Below are positions 1 to 7,668 of a stretch of 19,706 nucleotides of DNA, in pieces. The translations under genes and the position numbers were made by a program. The notes under the pieces were generated by a model that made no database searches, was not told the DNA's origin, and worked only from the letters and a program-made list of their open reading frames with translations. The stretch comes from Pseudomonadota bacterium (GTDB lineage: Bacteria > Bdellovibrionota_B > Oligoflexia > Oligoflexales > CAIYRB01), in assembly GCA_031416315.1 (NCBI GenBank), contig JANOTL010000097.1, positions 1 through 19,706 of the forward strand, read 5' to 3'. Within the stretch, counting starts at the first letter, position 1; each line of letters starts with the position of its first letter.

Positions 1-1
1 C

Positions 2-223
2 ACCGACTCGGCGACGAAAGAAACAGCGGCGGCGGCGCTCGGCAAGTGCCAGGCGAAGATCGACGAGCAGCCGGGCGCGACGCAGGAAGAAAAGCTGAAG
101 AACTATCTCGCGTCGAGCGGCGCGGCGTCGACGCAGGCGGCGGCGGCGGCGCAGGCGGCGGCGGCGGCGGGTGGTGCGACTGCGGGTGTAGGGTCGGACG
201 ATCTGCCGACGGCACCGCCATAA
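2..223 (+). CDS. 3' end of a hypothetical protein (5'-truncated by the window) with an Ala-rich low-complexity tail
   Basis: Open frame from base 2 (TDSATKETAAAALGKCQAKIDEQPGATQEEKLKNYLASSGAASTQAAAAAQAAAAAGG...PTAPP) to TAA at 221-223. Third codon positions are mostly G/C, and it converges on the next gene with an 8-bp gap. Not in the supplied ORF track. Confidence 0.7.
   Translation, partial: TDSATKETAAAALGKCQAKIDEQPGATQEEKLKNYLASSGAASTQAAAAAQAAAAAGGATAGVGSDDLPTAPP
134..169 (+). repeat. 18-bp tandem duplication (CAGGCGGCGGCGGCGGCG)x2 encoding QAAAAA x2
   Basis: Two exact adjacent copies at 134-151 and 152-169. Confidence 0.9.
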
Positions 224-231
224 CTTCAGGC

Positions 232-1500
232 CTAGGGTTTCTTCCCCGAAGGCACCACCGGCGCGATCGACTCCTCCTCGAACACCGACTCGTCCAAAGG
301 CGCATCCGCCTCGAGCGCCTTCAGATCGCGCGCCACCTCGGTAGCCCCCGCGGCCGCGAGCTTGTCGAAGCCGCTGGCGCGCAGCTTGGCCGCATACTTG
401 CCGGCTTTCGCGAAGCCTCCCTCGCTCCACTCCTGCGCGTTCTCGAACCACTGCAGCGCCTCGGCGGGTTTCGACCAGCGCAGAAAACCGAGCCCGATGT
501 TGAACGCGACGCGTGCCATCGGCTCGCGCGTAAGCAGCGTGCGGATCGCGGCTTGGTACGACGCGATGCCTTCGGCGTACCGGCCGGCGCGCGTCTCGAC
601 GATGCCCTTGCCATTTAAGATCCCCGCCAAGGCGAGAGCGACGGCGTCTTTTCCGCGCGTGCCGAGACGCCTCGGATCGGCGGAGACCTGAGCCCCCGCC
701 TGGGCGTGCGGGTCCTGGCCGTCGATCTCGAGCGCGTGTCGGAACGCGTTCCGCGCCGCCTCGTCCTTTTCCTCTGCGAGCGCTAGATCTCCCAGAAGGC
801 AGAGCCGCGCGAGATTGCGCGGCGCCAGCTTGTGCGCCTTCTCCAGCTGCGCCAGCGCTTCTTCTGTCCGGCCCTGGGCGTAGAGCGCCTTGCCGAGCTC
901 AGAGATCACGAGCGTGCTGCCGGGCGCCGCGGTGAGGAGTTGGCGCAGGAGCCGCTCGGCGAGATGCGGCGCGCCGCGCAGGCGCAGCCCGCGCGAGGCA
1001 AGGATCCCGAGCGGCAAGGGGTCGGGCGACTTCGCGATCGCGCTGCGGATCATTTCGAATGCCTGCTTCGGCTCGCCTTCCGCCAGCTCGAAGACGCCGT
1101 CGAGTAGGCCGATGTTCTTCCTGTGCCAGTCGGCCTGCTGCGTCCCCTGCTCGAGCGCGTTCTCGTAGGCTTCGATCGGCGCGCTCATGTTGAGGTGCAG
1201 CGTGCACGGAAATTCTTCCAAGAGCCGGAAATCATCGGGATGCAGGAAGTCGCTGACGATGACGACGGGCGTCAGGGCGTGCTGAGGGCTGGCGCGCACA
1301 CGGTTCAAGAGCGTGATGCCGCCGACGCCCGGCAGTTTCCAGCCCATGATGACGGCGGCGAAGCCCGGGCTCGCCAGCCGTCGCCATGCCTCGGCGCCGC
1401 CGCCGGCGGCGCGCTCCGATTCGATGACGCCGGCGGCACGCAGGGCCGCCTCAAGCGACACCGCCTGCTCTTGCGACTCCGGGACGACGAGGACCCGCAA
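232..1500 (-). CDS. Atypical (pseudo-)receiver domain + tetratricopeptide repeat protein, about 422 aa
   Basis: Start reassigned to TTG at 1500, with GAGGGA 6 nt upstream, just after the upstream gene's stop. The N-terminus follows a CheY-like pattern (RVLVV...GGAEAW...VIMGWKLPGVGGITLLNRVR...TPVVIVS). The C-terminus has TPR motifs (ELGKALYAQGRTEEALAQLEKAHKLAP; LGDLAL...ARNAFRHALEIDG; VAFNIGLGF...EALQWFENA). Confidence 0.85.
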   Translation of the reverse strand: MRVLVVPESQEQAVSLEAALRAAGVIESERAAGGGAEAWRRLASPGFAAVIMGWKLPGVGGITLLNRVRASPQHALTPVVIVSDFLHPDDFRLLEEFPCTLHLNMSAPIEAYENALEQGTQQADWHRKNIGLLDGVFELAEGEPKQAFEMIRSAIAKSPDPLPLGILASRGLRLRGAPHLAERLLRQLLTAAPGSTLVISELGKALYAQGRTEEALAQLEKAHKLAPRNLARLCLLGDLALAEEKDEAARNAFRHALEIDGQDPHAQAGAQVSADPRRLGTRGKDAVALALAGILNGKGIVETRAGRYAEGIASYQAAIRTLLTREPMARVAFNIGLGFLRWSKPAEALQWFENAQEWSEGGFAKAGKYAAKLRASGFDKLAAAGATEVARDLKALEADAPLDESVFEEESIAPVVPSGKKP

Positions 1501-1514
1501 GGCGCGTCCCTCGC

Positions 1515-1922
1515 TTACTTGCTGCCGACGCGACAGCCCGTCGAGACCGAGGCCTCGATGTCTTCGCGCGGAATCAGCTCGGTCGGCAAAGAGGCGCGCC
1601 GGATGTTGGCCTTGAAGAGGATCGCCCCACGCAGCTTGGCGTAGTCGAGATCCGCGTCTTCTAGGTTGGCGTTGGTGAAATCCGCGCCTTCCAGGTTGGC
1701 GTTCCAGAGCGACGCGCCGCGCATGTCGCAGTCCCGGAAGACGCAATCCTTCAGGTTCGAATATGAAAGGTTGGCGCCCCGCATGTCGCAGCCCGAGAAA
1801 TCGAGCTTGATGAGGTTCGCCTTGCGGATGTCGACGTCACGCAGATCGCGTGTTTCGGCGAGCATCTCCAAGACTTCCTTACGCGTGAGCGTGACGACCT
1901 TTTCTTTGTCCTTGCTGCTCAT
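1515..1922 (-). CDS. Pentapeptide repeat protein, about 135 aa
   Basis: About 16 consecutive pentapeptide units (IRKAN LIKLD FSGCD MRGAN LSYSN ... LEGAD FTNAN LEDAD). ATG at 1922 has a GAGGA RBS that overlaps the gap stop codon. Confidence 0.93.
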   Translation of the reverse strand: MSSKDKEKVVTLTRKEVLEMLAETRDLRDVDIRKANLIKLDFSGCDMRGANLSYSNLKDCVFRDCDMRGASLWNANLEGADFTNANLEDADLDYAKLRGAILFKANIRRASLPTELIPREDIEASVSTGCRVGSK

Positions 1923-1929
1923 CGCGTCC

Positions 1930-2931
1930 TCAGGCCATGAGTCGGGCGACATCGAGCATCCGCCAGCTGAAGCCGGTTTCGTTGTCATACCAGGACAAGA
2001 TCTTCACCTGGGTGCCGTTCATTACGGCGGTGCTGTCCGCGTCGACGATCGACGAGTGCGGATCACCGTTGAAATCGATGGAGACCAAGGGTTCTTCGCT
2101 GAAACGGAGGATGCCCTTCATGGGGCCCATCGCCGCTTCTTTGAGAGCCTTGTTCACTTCGGCTTTGGTCGTCGCGCGATTCAGCTCGAAGGTGACGTCG
2201 ACGAGGGAGACGTTCGGCGTCGGCACGCGGACGGAGATGCCGTCCATCTTGCCTTTGAGCTCCGGCATCACCAGGCCGATGGCCTTCGCCGCGCCGGTGG
2301 TGGTCGGGATCATGCTGAGGGCGGCGGCGCGGGCGCGGCGCGGATCTTTGTGCGGCAGGTCAAGAATGCGCTGGTCGTTCGTGTACGAATGGATCGTCGT
2401 CATCATGCCGTACTTGATGCCGAACGTGTCCTGCATGACTTTGGCGACCGGCGCCAAGCAGTTGGTCGTGCAGCTGCCGTTCGAGACGATCTTGTGGGCG
2501 CTCTTGTCTAAGCTCTTGCTGTTCACGCCCATGACGACGGTGATGTCCTCGCCCTTCGCGGGCGCGGAGATCAAAACCTTGGGCGCGCCGGCTTTCTGGT
2601 GCAGCTCGGCGTCGGCGCGGTCGGTGAAGATGCCGGAGCATTCGAAGACCAAATCGACCTTCTTCTCTTTCCAAGGCAGCTCGGCCGGACTCTTGATCGA
2701 CGAGGTGGTGATGACGTTGCCGTCGATCACGAGCTTGTCGCCGTCGGCGACGATCTGACGATCGAGCACCCCGTGGACACTGTCGTACTTGAGCAGGTGC
2801 GCGAGGGTCTTCGGATCGGTGAGGTCGTTGATGTGGACGACCTGGATATCCTTGTTCCGAGGATCGAGCGCCGCGCGAAGCACAGTCCGACCGATCCGGC
2901 CAAAGCCGTTGATACCGATCCGGAGGGTCAT
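1930..2931 (-). CDS. gap: Type I glyceraldehyde-3-phosphate dehydrogenase (likely NAD-dependent), 333 aa
   Basis: RIGINGFGRIGR Rossmann motif, NDLT, catalytic SCTTNCLAP, TTIHSYT, RVPTPNVS and SWYDNE. ATG at 2931 has GAGGAG upstream. Confidence 0.98.
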   Translation of the reverse strand: MTLRIGINGFGRIGRTVLRAALDPRNKDIQVVHINDLTDPKTLAHLLKYDSVHGVLDRQIVADGDKLVIDGNVITTSSIKSPAELPWKEKKVDLVFECSGIFTDRADAELHQKAGAPKVLISAPAKGEDITVVMGVNSKSLDKSAHKIVSNGSCTTNCLAPVAKVMQDTFGIKYGMMTTIHSYTNDQRILDLPHKDPRRARAAALSMIPTTTGAAKAIGLVMPELKGKMDGISVRVPTPNVSLVDVTFELNRATTKAEVNKALKEAAMGPMKGILRFSEEPLVSIDFNGDPHSSIVDADSTAVMNGTQVKILSWYDNETGFSWRMLDVARLMA

Positions 2932-3024
2932 TAGGAGGGTCTCCTCAGAAGAGATGGTCAGGAGGGGGGTATATGTCACGCCGCCGGAAAAATCCAGTGG
3001 GGTGGGCACTTTGGCGAAACGGCC

Positions 3025-3051
3025 TCAAAACCGGCCGAATCATGCCGATCA
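3025..3051 (+). promoter_or_regulatory. Putative sigma28 (FliA)-type promoter
   Basis: TCAA-N15-GCCGATCA versus consensus TAAA-N15-GCCGATAA. It ends 37 nt before the GTG start at 3089. Confidence 0.55.
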
Positions 3052-3088
3052 CCCGGAGGTCCATCCCCTCGAGCCAGGAGGCCCCCCC

Positions 3089-4459
3089 GTGGCGGTTTCG
3101 GAACGCAAGCGGTCGAATTTCGAGCGACTCTTGGCCGTGGGCCTGAGCCTGCCGCTCCTCGCCCATGCGCCGGCCGCCCTGGCTTGCCCGGCCTACCTCG
3201 AGGCCAAAAGCTTGAGCCCCTTGCCGCCCGCGGCGCGCGAAAGCCTCAGGATGTTCACCGTCACCGAAAACGGCAAGGGCGAGCGGATCTGGGAGAGCCA
3301 GCCCGTCCAGATCGACCCGATGGAAGCGACGCCCTTCGGCAGCGTCTTGGCGGTGCCGGAGGAAGGCGCCGACCAAGACAAAGAGATGATGGCGAAAGAC
3401 GACCGGATCGCGCTGCGCGTGGAGGCCTTCGGCCCGCCCGCGAGCCCCAAGGATCCGGCGCCGTGCAAGACCGAGCGCCTCTACGAGCTGGAGAGCCCGG
3501 CGGCGCCCGGGAAGTTCGCCTACCTCGCCGCGTGCGACGATCCGACCGGGAAGACGCGCACCGAGGCGCCCGATCCCGTCGAGCACGACCGCAAGAAGCG
3601 CCACATGGAGACCGCGCTCTACGATTACGACTATCTCGCGAACAATCAGCTGATCTTCAAGCGCTTCTCCTTGCACGACCCGAAGACGAAGAAGAGCGTC
3701 CCTTCCGGCAAGGACGCCGACATCCTCTTGCACCTCGACGTGAAGAAGTTCTTCACCATCGACCTCACCAACGAAGGTGTGCAGTCCTTCGTCGAGCATT
3801 CGCGCAACGGCGAGCTCGGGCTCGTAGGACGGATCCAGTTCTACCTGAAGCTCCTCTTCTTCAAGATCGACATGAAGATGGCGACGACCGGCAGTTGGTT
3901 TACCGACGCAGCGCACCTGCCGATGGTCATGGACGTGCCGCTGGACGCCTCCGACCGGCTGCATTCGGGCAGCGGTATGCTCTTCAACTGGGACCCGCAG
4001 GAGTCGCGCTTTCTGCCGGAGTCGAAGCTTTCGAGCGTGCCGATCGCCGATCCGAAGCTGATCACGGGCGGCCTCGAGGCGCTCGCCGCCGTCGGCTTGA
4101 AGAACTGCCAGGCCGGCGCGGCCTTCTGCGCGTACCGCATGGAAGGCCGGGTCGGCACGCAGGACTTTTACATCGATATGTCGGTGCCGCACACTTTGGT
4201 GAAACGCGGTTTCTTCCCGAGTTTCGTGCCGAACGTCGCGAGCTTCAAGAAGGGCGTCGAGTGGGACGACGAGCCGGACGCCAAAGACGAGAAGCGCATC
4301 GCGATGTATTTCGAGACGGCGGGCTTGCCGAAGGGCCAGCACAAAATGGACTACTGGATCCGCATGGGCGACGGCTCCGGAAAGCTTTCGGTCTGTCCGC
4401 AACCGGTTGCGGTGCGCAGGAGCCTATCCCAAGGGGGACAGGCTCCGGTTGCGCATTAA
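3089..4459 (+). CDS. Exported hypothetical protein, about 456 aa
   Basis: GTG at 3089 with an AGGAGG RBS at 3076-3081. Signal-peptide-like N-terminus (RKR...LLAVGLSLPLLAHAPAALA|CP) and strong G/C third-position bias. No family recognised. Its stop overlaps that of the convergent gene (TTAA 4456-4459). Confidence 0.85.
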   Translation: MAVSERKRSNFERLLAVGLSLPLLAHAPAALACPAYLEAKSLSPLPPAARESLRMFTVTENGKGERIWESQPVQIDPMEATPFGSVLAVPEEGADQDKEMMAKDDRIALRVEAFGPPASPKDPAPCKTERLYELESPAAPGKFAYLAACDDPTGKTRTEAPDPVEHDRKKRHMETALYDYDYLANNQLIFKRFSLHDPKTKKSVPSGKDADILLHLDVKKFFTIDLTNEGVQSFVEHSRNGELGLVGRIQFYLKLLFFKIDMKMATTGSWFTDAAHLPMVMDVPLDASDRLHSGSGMLFNWDPQESRFLPESKLSSVPIADPKLITGGLEALAAVGLKNCQAGAAFCAYRMEGRVGTQDFYIDMSVPHTLVKRGFFPSFVPNVASFKKGVEWDDEPDAKDEKRIAMYFETAGLPKGQHKMDYWIRMGDGSGKLSVCPQPVAVRRSLSQGGQAPVAH

Positions 4460-6636
4460 GGCGATGGCGCCGCCTTCCGCGCTTTCTTGATCAGCTCGAG
4501 GAAGCCTTCGCGGTAGGCGCGCTGCTCGGGGCCGAGCGCGGCGGGCGTATCCTTCGCGCCTTCGGTCGCGAGGCGCATCACCTGGTCCCAGGTGGCCGCG
4601 CCCTTGTACTCGCTGTCGCGCAGGAGCATGCCGAAGCCGGCGACCGATGCCGCGAACTTGTAGTCGGCGGTCGCGTCCGCGAGCTTCCTGCCCTTGTCTT
4701 TGACGGCGTACTCGATCAGGCTCGACTTCGAGCCCTCGGGCTCCTTGTAGCGTAGCTTCACGGTGACGAGCTCGCCGTCGTGGGCGCCGGTCGCGGCGGC
4801 CGGTTTCTGGTACTTCATCGCGTCAACGCCGCGGGGCGTGAAGGCGACGCCTTTCGGCACGACCTCATAAAGCGCGGTGACGGTGTGGCCGGAACCGATG
4901 TCACCGGCGTCCTTCGCGTCGTCGTTGAAATCTTCGTGGGCAAGCACGCGGTTCTCGTAGCCGATCAGGCGGAAGGCCTGAACCGCCTCCGGATTGAATT
5001 CGAGCTGGAGTTTCACGTCTTTCGCGATGGTGACCAAGGTGCCGCCGGCCTCCTCGACCAGGACTTTCTTCGCCTCAGCGAGGGAGTCGATGTAGGCGTA
5101 GTTGCCGTTGCCCTTGTCGGCGAGCTTCTCCATCGTCGAGTCTTTGAGGTTGCCGATGCCGAAGCCGAGCACGGAGAGGAAGATGCCGTCTTTAGCTTCT
5201 TTGGTAATCAAGCGGACGAGGTCGCCCTGGTTCGAGATGCCGACGTTGAAGTCGCCGTCGCTGGCGAGCACGACGCGATTGATGCCGCCCTTGACGAAGC
5301 TTTGGCGCGCGGTCTTGTATGCCAGCTGAATGCCTTCGCCGCCGTTGGTGGAGCCCCCCGCCTCGAGACGCTCGATAGCGTCCAGGATCGTGGCCTTCTC
5401 GCGGGCCGAGGTCGACGGCAGGACTAGACCCGAAGTGCCGGCGTAGACGACCAGCGCGATCCGGTCGTTCGCATCGAGCTTGTCGACGAGCATGCGGAGC
5501 GACTGCTTCACGAGCGGCAACCGGAGCGGACCGTTCATCGATCCCGAGACGTCGACCAAGAAGACGAGGTTCGAGTCCTTGCGGGCCTCGAAGGCGCCCT
5601 CCTTGCCTTTGATGCCGATCCGGACGAGACGGTGCTCCGGCTTCCAGGGCGCCTCGCCGACCTCGACCTCGACGCCGAAGGGGCGATCGGTCGGCGCTTT
5701 GTAGTCGTAGCGGAAGTAGTTCAAGAGCTCCTCGATCCGCACGGCGTCCTTGGGCGGCGTCTGTCCGCCCTCGAGGAAGCGACGGACGTTGGCGTAGGAG
5801 GCCGTGTCGACGTCGACCGAAAAAGTCGAGAGAGGATCCTGCGCCGTGGCGCGGAACGGATTGTCGACGATGGCGTCGTAGGCTTCGGTGTTCATGCCGA
5901 GGTCTGCGCCGTTGGCCTCGGCGTCGTCGAATTCGGCGGCGTAGTGGTCGCTCTTTTTCATCTCCGGCTTCGGAATCAAGCGGCGGCTGCGCGAGTCGGC
6001 AAGCGCCCCATACGGCGCGGCGCCGGTGGCGCCGGCCGGGGCGCGGTTCTGCGCTACGGCGCCGGCCATGCTCTTGCCGGGGCCGCCCGACTTCAACGGC
6101 GAGGATGCCGCCGTCGGCTGGTCGCGCCGCACCTCGGCAAGGGCGAGCTTCTTCTTCTCTTGGACGACTTCCTTGCCGACGACCGACTCGGCCTCGCGCT
6201 TGCCCGCCGACGCCTTCTCGTCCTTCGGCAGCTCCGGCGCCGAGGCGACGAAGCGGACTTCTTCGGCGTCGCCGTGGGCGCCGGGCGATTTGCTCAGGAT
6301 CTGGGGCTTCACGAGGAAGAAAGCGGCGGCCGCCGCGGCGAGGAGCGGGATGCCGGCGAGCCAGATCTTCCGCGACTTACGCGGTGGACTCGAGCTTGCT
6401 CCTTGCTCGAGATCCTGCCTCAAGCTCGCAAGCTGCTCGGGCTTGAGCCGCGGCATCGGCTCCTTTTTCAGTTCGGTCCATAGAAGGCCGCAAAAGCCGC
6501 GCAAGGTCTCGACCTCGCGCGCCAGGGCGGGGTCTTTGGCCATCACGGCTTCCAGGGCCTTCTGCTCTGCCTCGGGCAGCTCGCCCATGACGTAGCGCGT
6601 CAGCTGGTCTTCGGGGATGCGCTCTTGGGTCTTCAT
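4456..6636 (-). CDS. Anti-sigma-like N-terminal domain + TM helix fused to a YfbK-type von Willebrand factor A protein, 726 aa
   Basis: The N-terminus DQLTRYVMGELPEAEQKALEAVMAKDPALAREVETLR resembles an anti-sigma domain, followed by TM IWLAGIPLLAAAAAAFFLV. YfbK-type motifs: PLSTFSVDVDTASY, VRIEELLNYF, MIDAS DVSGS / GGSTNG / LASDGDFNVG, TIAKDVKLQLEFNP, RLIGYENR, DDAKDAGDIGSGHTVTALYE. Confidence 0.93.
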   Translation of the reverse strand: MKTQERIPEDQLTRYVMGELPEAEQKALEAVMAKDPALAREVETLRGFCGLLWTELKKEPMPRLKPEQLASLRQDLEQGASSSPPRKSRKIWLAGIPLLAAAAAAFFLVKPQILSKSPGAHGDAEEVRFVASAPELPKDEKASAGKREAESVVGKEVVQEKKKLALAEVRRDQPTAASSPLKSGGPGKSMAGAVAQNRAPAGATGAAPYGALADSRSRRLIPKPEMKKSDHYAAEFDDAEANGADLGMNTEAYDAIVDNPFRATAQDPLSTFSVDVDTASYANVRRFLEGGQTPPKDAVRIEELLNYFRYDYKAPTDRPFGVEVEVGEAPWKPEHRLVRIGIKGKEGAFEARKDSNLVFLVDVSGSMNGPLRLPLVKQSLRMLVDKLDANDRIALVVYAGTSGLVLPSTSAREKATILDAIERLEAGGSTNGGEGIQLAYKTARQSFVKGGINRVVLASDGDFNVGISNQGDLVRLITKEAKDGIFLSVLGFGIGNLKDSTMEKLADKGNGNYAYIDSLAEAKKVLVEEAGGTLVTIAKDVKLQLEFNPEAVQAFRLIGYENRVLAHEDFNDDAKDAGDIGSGHTVTALYEVVPKGVAFTPRGVDAMKYQKPAAATGAHDGELVTVKLRYKEPEGSKSSLIEYAVKDKGRKLADATADYKFAASVAGFGMLLRDSEYKGAATWDQVMRLATEGAKDTPAALGPEQRAYREGFLELIKKARKAAPSP

Positions 6637-7166
6637 GCTTCACCTCCCGCCGCGGCCACGGCCGTGCGGAGCTTCTTGATGGATTGATGCAGGATGAAAC
6701 CGACGTTCGACTCGGAGAGGCCCGTGACGCGGGCGATGTCCCTGTAGCTGAAGCCCTGCTGGAACTTCAGGCGGACGACCTCTTGATGCTGCGGCGGCAA
6801 CATTTTCAGGGCGACGAGGACGCTGGAGAGCCCGTCCTCTTGCGATTCGACCGGGGCCGGGGCGGCGAAAGTCGCCTCCACGTCCCCAGAGCTGACGACC
6901 ACCATGCGATGCTCCTTCCGTAAGACATCGAAAGCCAGGTTGCGGCAGACGGTGAAGAGCCAAGACGTGATCGCGCTCGGGCCCGGTTGGGCCTCGCCCG
7001 TGACGCGCCAGAGCCTGAGGAAGGTCTCCTGGACCACGTCGCGGCCGCGCTCCTCATCCTTGAGGATCTTGGCCGCGTACCGGACCAGCGGCGCCTCGAG
7101 GCGCTCCAGTGCTTCGGTGAGCTGGGCTTTCCGGTCGAATCTCACGCTTGGGCTCTTTTCATCCAC
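6633..7166 (-). CDS. ECF-subfamily sigma-70 factor, 177 aa
   Basis: Region 2 (LVRYAAKIL..DVVQETFLRLW..SWLFTVCRNLAFDVLRK) and region 4 (LPPQHQEVVRLKFQQGFSYRDIARVTGLSESNV). GTG start with a GGGAGAG RBS, and an ATGA overlap with the vWA gene. Confidence 0.95.
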   Translation of the reverse strand: MDEKSPSVRFDRKAQLTEALERLEAPLVRYAAKILKDEERGRDVVQETFLRLWRVTGEAQPGPSAITSWLFTVCRNLAFDVLRKEHRMVVVSSGDVEATFAAPAPVESQEDGLSSVLVALKMLPPQHQEVVRLKFQQGFSYRDIARVTGLSESNVGFILHQSIKKLRTAVAAAGGEA

Positions 7167-7180
7167 GACGCTCTCCCGGG

Positions 7181-7208
7181 TAAGACGTCCGGAGGGCTCG
7201 ATTTCTTA
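7181..7208 (-). promoter_or_regulatory. Putative autoregulatory ECF promoter
   Basis: The minus strand reads TAAGAA-N15-CGTCTTA directly upstream of the sigma RBS. A CGTC-type -10 element with this spacing is typical of ECF promoters. Confidence 0.6.
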
Positions 7209-7287
7209 GAAGCGACCGCGAATTTTATTTTTATCAGCAGTTTTGATAGCATAGATGGGGACTCCACCCAATCCGAGACGAGGCCGC

Positions 7288-7668
7288 ATGGACACCCTCT
7301 TGGCGCCTTTGGCCCCCGGACGCATCCTGGCGCGGAAGTACGAGGTCGTGGGTCGCATCGGCCACCTCTGGAAGCTCTCGGAGCGCGCCACCGGGATCGA
7401 GCGGACGGCGCGGGCCTTCGGCGGCGACAGCGAGCGCCTCGTCAGCCGCTATGCGCAAAGACTGCACAAACTCCGGCACTGCGAAGCGTTGATGCAGTAC
7501 CGGACCCAGGAGACGGTGTCGCTCGAGCTCGGGATCTTTACCCAAGCCGTCTATGGTGAGGGAAACGTGCAGAAGGCGAAACCCATGATCAGGACGCGGC
7601 TCGGCGGGCGCTATCGCGACGCGGGAGATCTGGTGTCTGCGCTCGACCATCTCGATTGGACCCGGTGA
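7288..7668 (+). CDS. Short Ser/Thr-kinase-like protein lacking catalytic motifs (mini-pseudokinase or kinase remnant), 126 aa
   Basis: ATG at 7288 after GAGG. PGRILARKYEVVGRIG...ERATGIERTARAF...YAQRLHKLRHC..LMQY resembles a Hanks kinase N-lobe, and RYRDAGDLVSALDHL resembles the terminal helix. No HxD or DFG motif. TGATG overlap with the PP2C gene. Confidence 0.7.
   Translation: MDTLLAPLAPGRILARKYEVVGRIGHLWKLSERATGIERTARAFGGDSERLVSRYAQRLHKLRHCEALMQYRTQETVSLELGIFTQAVYGEGNVQKAKPMIRTRLGGRYRDAGDLVSALDHLDWTR

Noticed and set aside
134..169. GCG repeat as a phase-variation or CRISPR-like repeat
   Set aside because: The unit is a multiple of three and encodes a poly-Ala tail. There are no spacers or cas genes.
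1501..1746. Upstream extension of the REC-TPR ORF (similar extensions exist for gap, the FabD-like gene, E1, M28 and 10923-12029)
   Set aside because: The extensions overlap neighbouring genes or promoters. Downstream starts have RBSs and match the domain boundaries.
1515..1922. Calling the pentapeptide protein a Qnr/MfpA quinolone-resistance factor
   Set aside because: It is shorter than those proteins, and repeats alone do not indicate that function.
1666..2758. Long plus-strand ORFs antisense to gap (1666-2511, 1937-2758)
   Set aside because: Shadow ORFs caused by high GC and codon bias. The minus-strand gene carries all GAPDH motifs.
2945..4755. Alternative long ORFs 2945-4402 (-) and 3184-4755 (+)
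   Set aside because: Antisense or off-frame shadows with Arg/Gly-rich composition. The chosen frame has the RBS, signal peptide and codon bias.
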